This document shows positions 1 to 10,264 of a stretch of DNA of 64,000 nucleotides, piece by piece. Made by a program: the position numbers and the translations under genes. The notes below the pieces were generated by a model that worked only from the letters and a program-made list of their open reading frames with translations, had not been told where the DNA came from and ran no database searches. How positions within the stretch are numbered: position 1 is the first letter of the stretch; the number at the start of each line of letters is the position of its first letter. This DNA comes from Lama glama (Eukaryota). The stretch lies in the NCBI GenBank assembly GCA_028534125.1, contig CM052816.1, positions 82,834,001 through 82,898,000 of the forward strand. The letters run 5' to 3'.

Positions 1-944
1 ATTTGACTCTCAGGCAAATTTTACATTCTCTTCTCCTCTGTTTGGAAATTGAAACGTTTATGTTATTACATTATTTAATTATGGCGCATTACTTGCCTGA
101 TTGAAGAAGAAAAGAATATTCTTGCTCAACTGAAAACCAATGTACCCAACTTATAATTCTTCTAATTTGAAATAATTATACTACACAAAGTGTGAAGCCA
201 TTTATTATATTTGATTCATCATATCAATTTTCCTTTAAATGGTTTAGATATAATATGACGTGCAAGAATTGTGTCTGCAGTGTGTGACAGAACTTCAAAA
301 AAACGAAACACCAATGCATGCACTTTATTTACCTCTGAGCAAATATGCCAAAACATTGTAACCAGAAGGAATTCTTAAATATTTTTACATGAAAAAATAA
401 AATAAAAGATAAAGGGAAAATTGGATAAGAAAGGTATTAAGTCCATTAGGAATACAGCAGATGGAGAATTTGGAAGTCTCCTAATTACTCACTTTCCAGT
501 TAATTCGAAGTACCTTTCAAATCTTAGCACAAAAAGTCACACTTAGAATGCCTAATTTGGATTAACTACTCTATTCTCAGACTGGACACAGTTGCAGTTC
601 AGAAGCAAATTACTGAGGTGGAGAATTACAAAGATTTTTCTTATCTCAGGAAATACACATTGTCTAATTCTGAAGGGAACATGTGAACTGAACAACCAAA
701 ATGTTTCTCTAGTAAGCACTTATATTTAAAAGACATTTAGTCAGATTCATTAAACATTTTAATCTGATTTTGTGGCGTGAACTAACATAAGTGATACCAG
801 TATAATAACAAATACCAGCTAATCTTTAATATTTTATATCATTAAAATTAGAGAAAAATATAGCCCTTAAAGCCACATTTTCTAGGACCGCCCATAAATT
901 ATTTCACTGTTACCCTTGGGAAATCAGCACTGTAGATAACACAC

Positions 945-1120
945 TGCTTAAGAGCATGGTGCCTGCAGCATAACCATAATGCCTTGGTTCTAACACTTAA
1001 CCAGCTCTCTTTCTTGGAGCCACTCAATTTCTGTTATGCAAAATGGGCCTAATGATGGTATTTATCTCCGAGGGTTTGGGGGAGGACAGATAATGTGTTT
1101 TGAAAAGTATCATCTTCACA
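945..1120 (+). mobile_element. MIR SINE fragment
   Basis: ttaagagcatgg...ctcaatttctgttatgcaaaatgggcctaatgatggtatttatctc resembles the MIR core. Confidence 0.6.
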
Positions 1121-2509
1121 GCAAGCACCCAAGAGGTATGACCCTATCAGTGGTCATTTTGTCTATATTTTACTAAAAAGGAAATCTCAGACATCTAAAT
1201 CTATAGGCAAATAGTACAATAAATTGTTATTTTCAAAACCAACTTTAACATAGTCCAGTACGATTGCTGAAACTTTCCTAACACTATGCAATTTAGCTAA
1301 ACTGTATGGAATTTAATTACTGGCCAGGTATTCAGGATATTTGTTTGTTATAAGGTATAGGCTCTGGATTTGTAGAGTTTAGACACTGACACTTCTCTAT
1401 TTTCAAAATAAGAAATCTCTAGGAAACCTTAATATCTATAACACCAGGTGATTCTATGATTTCAAGCAGAGGTACCATTATATTGACATATATGGCAGTG
1501 ATGCAGTGGGTTGCTACTGTCTAAGTCTAGCGAGGATATATCATGGTAACTAAGATTTCTCCTGTCCTTTCTAGAGTCAAAATAACATGGACTTAAAATA
1601 ATAACTCATCTCAGGAAAAACATACAAGAGAAGGAAATGTGAAAAATTAAATATCCTTTTGAATATTTTTCATCTTTTCTATGGTATTTTTATTTGATTT
1701 AAATTGAAAATGATTCAATGGAATAATTACACTTTTCTTTTATCATAGTAAGAGTGATTCAATAATTGCAGTGACCACAGCATATAATTAGAGAAACGTA
1801 TTTTAGAAAAATTAAAAAGCAAATGTATTGAGATCCTTAGTACACTAGGGAATGAAAGACTATAATACAGAGACCCATTCATGTGAGTCAGTCTTTACAT
1901 TTATTCAAATAATAAAATTTCTTTTTTAAGTTAGAAAAATGTTGTGAAAGAACAATGAAAGACTTCCTTCAACTCTGTAATTGATTGGAATGCACAATAA
2001 GTTTTGAATAGTCTTCAGCACAGAACTATATAATTATATTATTTTCAGCTTCAAAAAGTTAAGTGTGATAGTTTTTGGTTAAATGAAATAATCAGTATGA
2101 TCCTCTGTATCTGACAGATAATTCACACTCATTAATTTTTGCTGTGGAATTCACTCAGAGACACCAAGGCAGATGAATAAATACAATGAAGCATCTTTTT
2201 TTATACAGAGGTAGAAAGTCAGAAGACTTGTTACGTACTCCTACATTCTTCTCTGGTCTTCATTTGATGAAATAAAAATGAATTATTTTATATGGGGGAT
2301 ACAGATGTCTAAAGGGTGACTAATTGTACTACTTCTCTTTAAACATTTGTTTCATCCAACATAAAATGGAAAAATATAGAAAACAGTAAAATGAATTAGT
2401 ACTGTATCTAATCCTATGAGAGACATGTAATTTTTGTTGTATGATTTTGTTGATGAATATTTTAGATGAATAGTAAATGTCTAATTAACTAATACATATG
2501 ATGACCTAC

Positions 2510-3455
2510 TTTTTCCCCAAATATTTGCAATGAATTAATATCATTTATTGAATAGTGTATCCTTTCTTAACTAATTGGAAATGGCATGCTTTTTTGTATA
2601 TAACTCATTATTATTTATTCAGGGATCTGTTTCTGGGTTGTTTTCTGAAAGTTTGTTTTTGAACCTACATTTCACTGGGTGGATTACTTGAGTTTTCATT
2701 GGCTGATAATCCATGAGTTCAACTCTACTTTTTATCACGTTGTTTTGTTTTGGCTCTTCTCATAATATTTTTTCATGAATTTAGAACCAACATATATGAT
2801 TTCATTAACACTATCCAATTTTTAAATATATTGTATTGAATTTATTAATAGAATGACCACTTTTAAATATTGTTTTCCATTCAGAAACAGCATTACTGTT
2901 GACTGATTGAAGTACTTCTTGTGAACTAGAGCAAAATTTTACATTTTATCTATATAAGTCTTGCACCTTTAATTAAATTGATTCCTATATATTTATAATT
3001 TTCACTTGCAAATAAGATATTTCTATTAAATTTTCAGTTAGGTATTACTGATAAATGTGAAAGTTCTCATTTTTAAAAATTAATTTTGTTCCCAGGTGCC
3101 TTATTGAACTTACACAGTATAGTGGTTAGAGGTACAGACTGGGCAAGTAGGCTACTTTTGTTCAAAGCCCAGATCTATCACTTTCTAGCTGTGTAATTCT
3201 AAATAAAATATTTCTCAATTTATTTATCTGTAAAACAAGAATAATAAAAGATAACTGCTTAATAGCATTGTTATTATAACCAAGTGCTAATATATATAAA
3301 CCATCTGGAATATAAATTTTATTTATTATATTTAAATGAATGCCAGGCCTCTGAATTTCTAGATTAAGAGAATAAATGAATAAAAGCAGAATCATCTCTT
3401 TCTTTTAAATAACAACTAATGCTCATTATTTCCTCTCTTATTGCATTGATTTCTT
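2510..3455 (-). mobile_element. Old L1 (L1M/L1ME) ORF2 3' fragment, interrupted by a MIR at ~3113-3320
   Basis: T-rich antisense L1-like tracts (catttattgaatag...cctttc; ttgtattgaattta; attcctatatattt; ttattgcattg). Confidence 0.65.
3113..3320 (+). mobile_element. MIR SINE
   Basis: tagtggttagagg...ttcaaagcccagatctatcactttctagctgtgt...tctcaatttatttatctgtaaaacaagaataataa. Confidence 0.75.
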
Positions 3456-3508
3456 GATAGGGCCCAGGAAGCGACTGTAAGTTTCTTACATATCAAAAAC
3501 CACTGTTC

Positions 3509-3640
3509 GGGAGAAAGTATAGCTCAAGTGGTAGAGAGCATGCTTAGCATGCATGAGATCCTGGTTTCAATTCCCAGTACCTCCTCTAAAAATAAAGAAA
3601 TAAACCTAATTACCTCCCCCACCAGAAAAATTAAAAAAAA
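3509..3640 (+). mobile_element. Vic-1-type camelid tRNA-derived SINE with target-site duplication
   Basis: A-box tagctcaagtggtaga, B-box-like ggtttcaattccc, tail aataaacctaattacctccccc + A-rich end; TSD aaaaaccactgtt (3495-3507) / aaaaaccgctgtt (3638-3650). Confidence 0.9.
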
Positions 3641-3714
3641 AACCGCTGTTACTTGCATTTTATTTGCATATACAATAATCAATAGAGCTACCAAATTTGG
3701 GTAACATATGGATC

Positions 3715-3800
3715 TATAGTGATGATATCTCTAGACATTAGCTGCCTAAATTACCTGGGGAAATACAGTGACTGCATTCAAATATGCTCAAACTGGGCTA
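3715..3800 (+). pseudogene. Possible bornavirus phosphoprotein (P) C-terminal remnant
   Basis: YSDDISRH*LPKLPGEIQ*LHSNM (3715-3786) vs BoDV-1 P HSDSIRILGENIKILDRSM; LPKLPG also equals a BoDV N motif, so the assignment is ambiguous. Confidence 0.3.
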
Positions 3801-4029
3801 CAGTTAAGATTCCTTCAGAAAAGCTAGGCCTATGATACCAGGTGAAGTGAGTCCCTTTTATCAGAATATTCAGGACTCCTTTTTGTCTCGTGTGGGAACA
3901 GACACCAGTCAAGGCATGTCTCTTAGCTTCACTTTTTAGTCTTTGGATATGCAGAAGGAACATGCAAAACATAAGTTTTAACTGAGTATTATAACCAATC
4001 ACAAATTTCTAGCAAGCAACAGTCATTTT

Positions 4030-5447
4030 GGCTTCTGTAGTTCATTGCCTTTAAGATACACATTGGTTTTGCCATTGGTATCTTAGAAATTTCATTTTTT
4101 CTTATAATCAATACCATCCTGGATTCAAAAACTATGCTATATACCTTGAACTTTTTCTCCCTTGCTTTTATTTTAATACAAACTCCAATAATGTAACTTT
4201 ATTTACTCATTTTCCCCCTAAGAGGATCACATGGGACAAAGTGGGTTTTATGTTCAAATGACAGGCCAGATATTAGGATTCTTTTCAGTTTAATTCTAGG
4301 ATACTTCATCTGTCTCCCCCCTCGAGTTAAATGGGAACAGATTATCTGGTGACCCCAGAAGTCATGGAAGAGTTGTTATAATCCATTTTGGTATAACAGT
4401 TCTCATTCCCTGTAGGGTAGCTTGACAATTCCAGGGCAAGTTTCTGACGAGCTATGGTTAAGTGTACTGAGAGAATGTTCTTCTGGCAAGGAGGCTGGAG
4501 TCTTATAATTTACCACTTACATAGGTTTAGATTTTTAGCATGTCATAATGCATATTTCATTTGTCTTTCAGAATGCCTACTTGAATGCCTAATTTTAGAA
4601 GAGTATTTGATGCTGCTTTATAGTGTAAATGACAAGCACAATCAAGTAAATCAACTTCTGGATATTCAAACATGTGGGAGGTCTTCCATGTAGGAAGAGT
4701 GTAGAATCATCAGGCGGGATATGCTCTCTCCTCTTACGTTGATGATTTTGTCAGGGTTATTGACTATTGTGAGATTTTTTCTTATCTTGCAATTTGTTAT
4801 AAATGGACAGCAATCATTATGTGCTGTAAGAAGTTAGTGTGCTGTATTCTTTTAAGCAGGTGTGAGGGGCCTCAGGCTACCTGAATTTGTGATGTTGTCT
4901 GGGGAAATGAGAATAATGCAATTATACCATAATTATTGCTCTATATTCACAGGAAACTTACGGCCTTAGTTACGGTAACTTTTTACAACTTTCTATATAT
5001 GGAGCAGGATCCTATTATATATCTATAAAACAAAGGTTAATCCAGAGAAGTTGACCACTGAATAATCTAGTGGTGGACTAGAGGAACCATATAGGTTAGA
5101 TGCTCAACACCATCTTTTCTTCTGTAGGTCTCATCACATATCTTGGTCAAGAAGCTAGTTATTCCAGGTTTGCTCCAATCTTGGGTCATGATTTGAGCTC
5201 CAAAGACATGATTACTATAATTATATCAGCTTTGGAGATATCATTGGTTGGTAGGGCTGTTATTGACAGATTAAAAGTTACTCATCACCTTGACTCTTTC
5301 TTGGGTAGTGACCTATGCAGTATGTGTGCGTGGTTGGTAGTTGTGAGGTGTCTAGGTCTCCATCCAATTGGTATACAAACCCCAAATATCATCTGGACTA
5401 TTAGGACATGTTCAGACCAAACTCAGACTGTGCCATATCACAGATGA
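4030..5447 (+). pseudogene. Endogenous bornavirus-like glycoprotein (EBLG), decayed with stops and frameshifts
   Basis: Window vs BoDV-1 G, in order: TLVLPL (4060-4077)~TLVLVL; SYNQYHPG..IYLELFLPC (4100-4165)~SCNTDSTPGLIDLEIRRLC; Y*/GFF (4271-4284)~YWGFF; NFRRVF (4591)~EFRRSY; CRIIRRD (4700-4720)~CRPRLKRRRRD; DYCEIF (4762-4779)~EDCEIL; WGNENNAIIP (4900-4929)~WNESTYYP; YSQETYGLSYGNFLQ (4944-4988)~YNGRKYFLNDEGRLQ; GHD (5184)~GHE; DIIGW (5237-5251)~DTGSGW; DLCSMCAWLVVV (5310-5345)~DLLAWAAWLGGV. Confidence 0.85.
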
Positions 5448-5532
5448 CACATGTTATGATATACCTGGTCCAATGCACCTTGGCCCAGGTTTTTACCAAA
5501 ATAATGCTTTTTTGTCTATTGTTTTTAAGAGA

Positions 5533-5896
5533 ATGAAGGATCAAGGACAAGTAGACTATACTAGAGAGATTATTACCTGGTTTGAGCAGTGCCATTCAAG
5601 AAATTTCTTATGACTGCCAGACCAATAGTATGAGACCACCAAAGGACTTAGCGGAAAGTAGATAGAATCCCTTTGTGTATTGGCTATCCTGCAACCTGCC
5701 CTAATCAACCGGTGATTGCAACTAAGACATGAATCAACCAAACCCTCTTCTTGTCAAGTTTCTAAAAATGTTTTGGTCAGACTCACTATTCATCTTCTAG
5801 TGTTCTAAGAAGCAAAGCTATACTGTGCTTGTTGATGTAAGCTAGAGGAATAAGAACTTCAATAGTTATAAGAGATGGTTTCGGGATGTTATCTAA
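5533..5896 (+). pseudogene. Endogenous bornavirus-like matrix gene (EBLM), decayed
   Basis: ATG at 5533; LLPGLSSAIQEISY (5570-5611)~IVPGWPTLMLEIDF; same frame LFIF*CSKKQS (5786-5818)~MFLRLNKDQS and NFNSYKR (5855-5875)~NVFSYRL; other frame PALINR*LQL (5695-5724)~PAGHSLVNIYFQI and KNVLVRL (5764-5784)~KYMFLRL; length comparable to the ~140-aa M. Confidence 0.6.
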
Positions 5897-5937
5897 TATT
5901 AATGCTAGAGCTATGGTAAAAGAAGTTTTTCAACTGA

Positions 5938-5944
5938 TAAAAAA
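5938..5944 (+). terminator. Putative fossil bornaviral transcription stop/polyadenylation signal (TAAAAAA)
   Basis: T+A6 between the M-like stop (5896) and the L-like ATG (5947); mononegaviral gene-end signals are U-tracts on the template. Confidence 0.35.
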
Positions 5945-5946
5945 CG

Positions 5947-6290
5947 ATGCAACTGAGGGTAAATTATTATTCATTTAACCATACCTATAAGATTTTGCCC
6001 AACAGTTCCCACAAGCCTCAGTTCCACATAAAAGGTAACATCCACAGGAAATCTTTGAAGTCCACTTTTGATAGACCACAAAGTACAGTAGCCATTATAA
6101 ATTGTGTTAGACTGTTTCATCCTTCCATTTTTGTTTTCCCAACATACCAGATCACTCCTGAGGGGGGACCATACAATTCTGACCCTCCTTAATTGTCAGA
6201 AATTGGGCTGGTTCCTTTATTGAATGGAACCATGTGCACAAGATTTGAAGCATTCATCTTCAGCATTGTTTGGCCAATAATAAACAAATG
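5947..6290 (+). pseudogene. Endogenous bornavirus-like L polymerase N-terminal fragment (EBLL)
   Basis: ORF from ATG 5947 reaches GNIHRKSLK (6034-6060), then after a frameshift PLL (6062-6070)~GINRTDQSLKNPLL; in the PLL frame QHTRSL (6140-6157)~HHVRAL. Confidence 0.55.
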
Positions 6291-6554
6291 TTCCAGCAGC
6301 TACTCAGTACTTTTTTTGTTTCAAATGGACAATTAGAGAAGAAATCCACATGAAATTTTAACCTATGCTCTTTTTCTGATATCTGTTATTTATTTTTTGA
6401 TCTTTGTGTTAGCCCCCTCATTTTTTTAATCTTTGGCTCCAAGATGACTAATCTGAGGTTACTCCCAAATCCTCCATGTATCCAAAGTAATTTTTGATCT
6501 GACTAAAGATTTTTTGATACAATTTATGGTAATTATTTCATGGTTATATTTCAT

Positions 6555-6615
6555 TTTTACCTAGCAGTGTATCCGCTCATAGTAGATGTTCAAAAATATT
6601 TACTAAATTGAATTA
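6555..6615 (+). mobile_element. L2/MIR 3' terminal fragment
   Basis: cctagcagtgtatccgctcatagtagatgttcaaaaatatttactaaattgaat. Confidence 0.55.
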
Positions 6616-7265
6616 ATCAGCAATCAACTGATTGCTAACAAAGGGCTTCCTATAATTTAGCAGGAAGAATTACATAGACAGGTATCTTTTAAAAACTATG
6701 TGTTTCATTTATACATTTTCTAATCTATTCAGTTTTATTACTGAGTCAGGTATTGTTTATCTCAACTTTGAATTTGGGGTCTTAGCAAAATTAGTATTTT
6801 TTCTCTTTCTAATTAACATTTCACTCAGCCTTTTCATCATAGAATGCCCAGAAATGCTTTGGCATTCAAGAAACCTTTAGGCTAGACATGATTTTACTTC
6901 TTATAGATATCTACAACTTGTTCCTGACTCCAAACATGTATTGGTTCTAGAGGAGATACTAAACATCAGAAAGGAATTTTGGCTACCCCAATAAAAGATC
7001 TGCTTTTCAAATGACTTGAATAATTTTTGAAGAGAATCACACCAGTGTCTAGTATACCAAAACGTTAGATTTAACTGAAGATAATACCTTTTCCATTATA
7101 TATTCTATTATGAACCTATTCAGTGGCAGCCTCTTGTGTTAAGTGAATTCTTTGATCAAATGTTACCAATTAAGATATGTCTATGAACAAATTATATTAA
7201 AAGATTATTGAGGAATTATGTAAACTACAGTTTTCCAAAAAGGCAGAACTCACAGCACTATATCT

Positions 7266-7280
7266 GATAGATAGATAGAC

Positions 7281-7321
<41 letters not shown>
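7266..7321. repeat. (GATA)n tetranucleotide microsatellite
   Basis: ~14 GATA units with one GACA variant. Confidence 0.97.
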
Positions 7322-7323
<2 letters not shown>

Positions 7324-8499
7324 CCTCCACTCATTTTCCATTTTGAAAAAAAAGTCTATCCATATCACACTGAGATCCCAGAGGAATTGTTATGTGTCTT
7401 TCCTGAAGATGTTACTAACATCAGGGAGGAAAGATAACCAATCCCCCTGGGATCTCACTGTAATATTGGCAGACTTCCAGAAGTATAGAGGACACAAAGC
7501 AATACATTATATTCCCTGTACTTCCTGTGGATAGTCTGTGTTTATAGATATAGAGATAGAGAATTTTTTCTTTAAATACTGTCTACTGTTCATAATCATA
7601 TTTAAATGTATCTCTTCTCCAACTCAAGCAGTGAGATGTATTCAAATATAGTCTAACAAACACTTCTATAAATGATCTCAATTACTTATGTAATGAACTG
7701 GTTACACTATAGATAAGAGAGTCCCTGTTAACTGCTTATTGTTATTAGATGACTTAGTAAAGGTCACAAATGGATCCAAAACTCTGTTGGGCAGCTTGGT
7801 GAATGTACAAGACACTACTGTGTAGGAGTTCACAGGTCAAAGAGAAGTGGCCAGATGAAATGCCTGGAGGTATGGAGTGCCTTCTGTTGTCTTTGCTGAC
7901 ACTGGAATCTAACTCAGTCAAGAAAGTAATTTACCAGATGCAGGACCTCAGGATAGAACACAGATCTAATTATCACCACATTCAAAGATAATGCTAATGT
8001 CACTCAAGTGGGAATAGTTTCAGCACTCATTTCTACTAAAAGGTGAATTTTGTTGGTTGACTCATTTTGAAAAAAAAAATTACCAGGTTTTCCTGCACCA
8101 TTTTTAGTATTCAATAGTAATTTTCAACTACTTCAGCCTCCATTTCAGTTCTGTGGGAGTAACAACTAATGCAGTCTAAAAGAGTATACAGATAATGCTG
8201 CTAATATGGCAGGGTGACAGGATAGGGATCTGTGAGACAAGGACAGCAATATCAAGGATAGTAATGCTTGATATTAAGGAATATTAGGTAGCCCACAGTT
8301 TGATTATTTTTCCAGTTATGTAGCAGGTTACAGTGTTGAAACTGGTCTATTTTTTTGGTTCCTTAAATCTGACTTTGGTGGGTACACTGAGGCAAATCAA
8401 CTACCATTAATTTATTATTGAATAGATGTCAAAAATATTATGTCACTGTTTTAGAAATATAATTACATTATTTTGTAATAATGCTTGTAATCTTGTAAT

Positions 8500-8625
8500 C
8501 TTGCTCTTCTGGTTGGTTGTACAGGCATATATAAGTAATCATCATTCCTGCTTCCCAATGAGTGATGATGTAGGAATGAAAGCTATTATCATCTCCACTT
8601 TTGTATATGAAGAAATAGAGACTCA
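8500..8625 (-). mobile_element. MIR fragment
   Basis: tattatcatctccacttttgtatatgaagaaatagagactca. Confidence 0.55.
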
Positions 8626-10264
8626 CCCTAATCCATAATTAAAAATTTTCCCAACTCAGCATCACATTAAGCCTGATCCCTAAAATGTCCTGCAGCCTCT
8701 CTAACACCAACATAAGGGGATGAGTGATAATTGAGAGGTCAAAGTAGAAAAAATCTGTACTGTTAACCTATTGTAAATAAAATAAATAAGTTTGAAAGAT
8801 TTGTAAAATTGGATGGACATGTGAACACACTGTAAGAGCCCATCTAAGGCTTTGGAAAGGAGCTATAAAAGTGAGGATTGCTGAAGCATATACTTTATTA
8901 GTTTCACAGTAAATTCACCTTTAGTTAACATTGTGTTAGTAAGACCTGCATTGTGGAAGAATTGCGAAATGTTGTGATGAAAAAACTTTTCTTTCTCTCA
9001 GATTTGTTAAATATAAATTCACCAGGATATCCTTATAAAAGAAGGCTGTAGATGGTCTATGCTCAAGATTTTAGGAAACTAATCCAAGCATATTGACAAT
9101 ATAAAAAATTTCTTAATTTCCGATGAACCATACTCATTGCACACCTCCAGAAAGCTAATTCTTAGCTGTCTCTGTGATTCGATTGGTGATCTATATGATA
9201 TCATATCATTTTCAAATTTTTATCCTGTAACTTTGTTTTCTATCTATATTTTAATTGTAGTAGTCAAAACTATTCAGAGATATGAAAAAGCATAAATTTT
9301 AATAAAACTCCTACTTGGTCAAGGGGACAGAGATTTTGAGTAAAAGAGAAAGTTTCATTTTTGAGAGGTAATATTTGACCCTACACTGTTATATTCTAGT
9401 CATTAGTGAAACATCTTATACTTACTTTTAAAAGATCATTCATCTGAATTATATATTTCATTACATTATGCAGGGACTAGCACATCCTCATACTTGAGAC
9501 AGAATAAGGTGAACATAGAGAAAATGAATTCATTCGAGCTTAAATTTGTTAATTAAACCTTAAAATCTAGATATTTCTGTGAGCGTCATGAAATAAATTA
9601 TTTTATCATTCTGCAAGTACGACCCCACTTTGACAAAAATAAATCAAGGTTCCTAAATTGCTAACCAAACATTGTAACTTAGTATCTGACACACATACAG
9701 GTTTTGAAGTTTGAAAACAGTCTGAACTATGATTTTTTAAAATGTTTTAACTATTGATTTGTGAACATCGTTTGGATATTTCTACCTAAATTATTCTTGC
9801 CTAAGAGTATGTCTGTCTTCTGAATATCCACAAGTGAGATTTTATTTATTTATTTTCAAGAACAATTTGCCTGAACGGCAAATTGGTTTGTCAAAACACA
9901 GTCATTTCTCAGTCATCTATTACAAGAACTGGTCTACCTCAACCTGCTCAGAGACTTTAAACAGACTTCATATCCTTACATTTCCATGGGGTATTTAATT
10001 TATATGATATGCTTGATAAGGTTTTTCCCCAGTTACAAACATTTCTGGATGGATATTACATGCTTACTAAATATGAGGATCAGGAAAAAAACCCCAAAAC
10101 ACATTTTAGAAAACTATGTACCCTAGACATTTGAAAAGTGATACGAAAGAAAACCTTTAAGAACTGTGAAAGTTAAACCAAGTAGTTCTAATACATTTTA
10201 TAATAAGAATGAAGATTATACTTACTCAAAATATGAAATCCATCATTATTTTAGCCACATAAAA

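Larger units (their letters stand above)
3700..6290 (+). other. Endogenous bornavirus-like element (EBL), multi-gene: (P)-G-M-L(5' part)
   Basis: Colinear degenerate matches to bornaviral G, M and L N-terminus on one strand with realistic spacing; boundaries approximate. Confidence 0.8.

Noticed and set aside
3509..3585. tRNA gene
   Set aside because: The tRNA-like head is followed by a SINE tail and flanked by a TSD, and two more copies occur in the window; it is a SINE.
5100..5613. ORFs 5100-5447 and 5368-5613 as functional genes
   Set aside because: They are open stretches of the decayed EBL with no evidence of intact coding.
5704..5893. Alternative L start (INR...NPLL...WFRDVI resembling BoDV L N-terminus)
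   Set aside because: The same bases align to M in two frames and a better L match with its own ATG lies at 5947-6157; this illustrates the overfitting risk of by-eye alignment.
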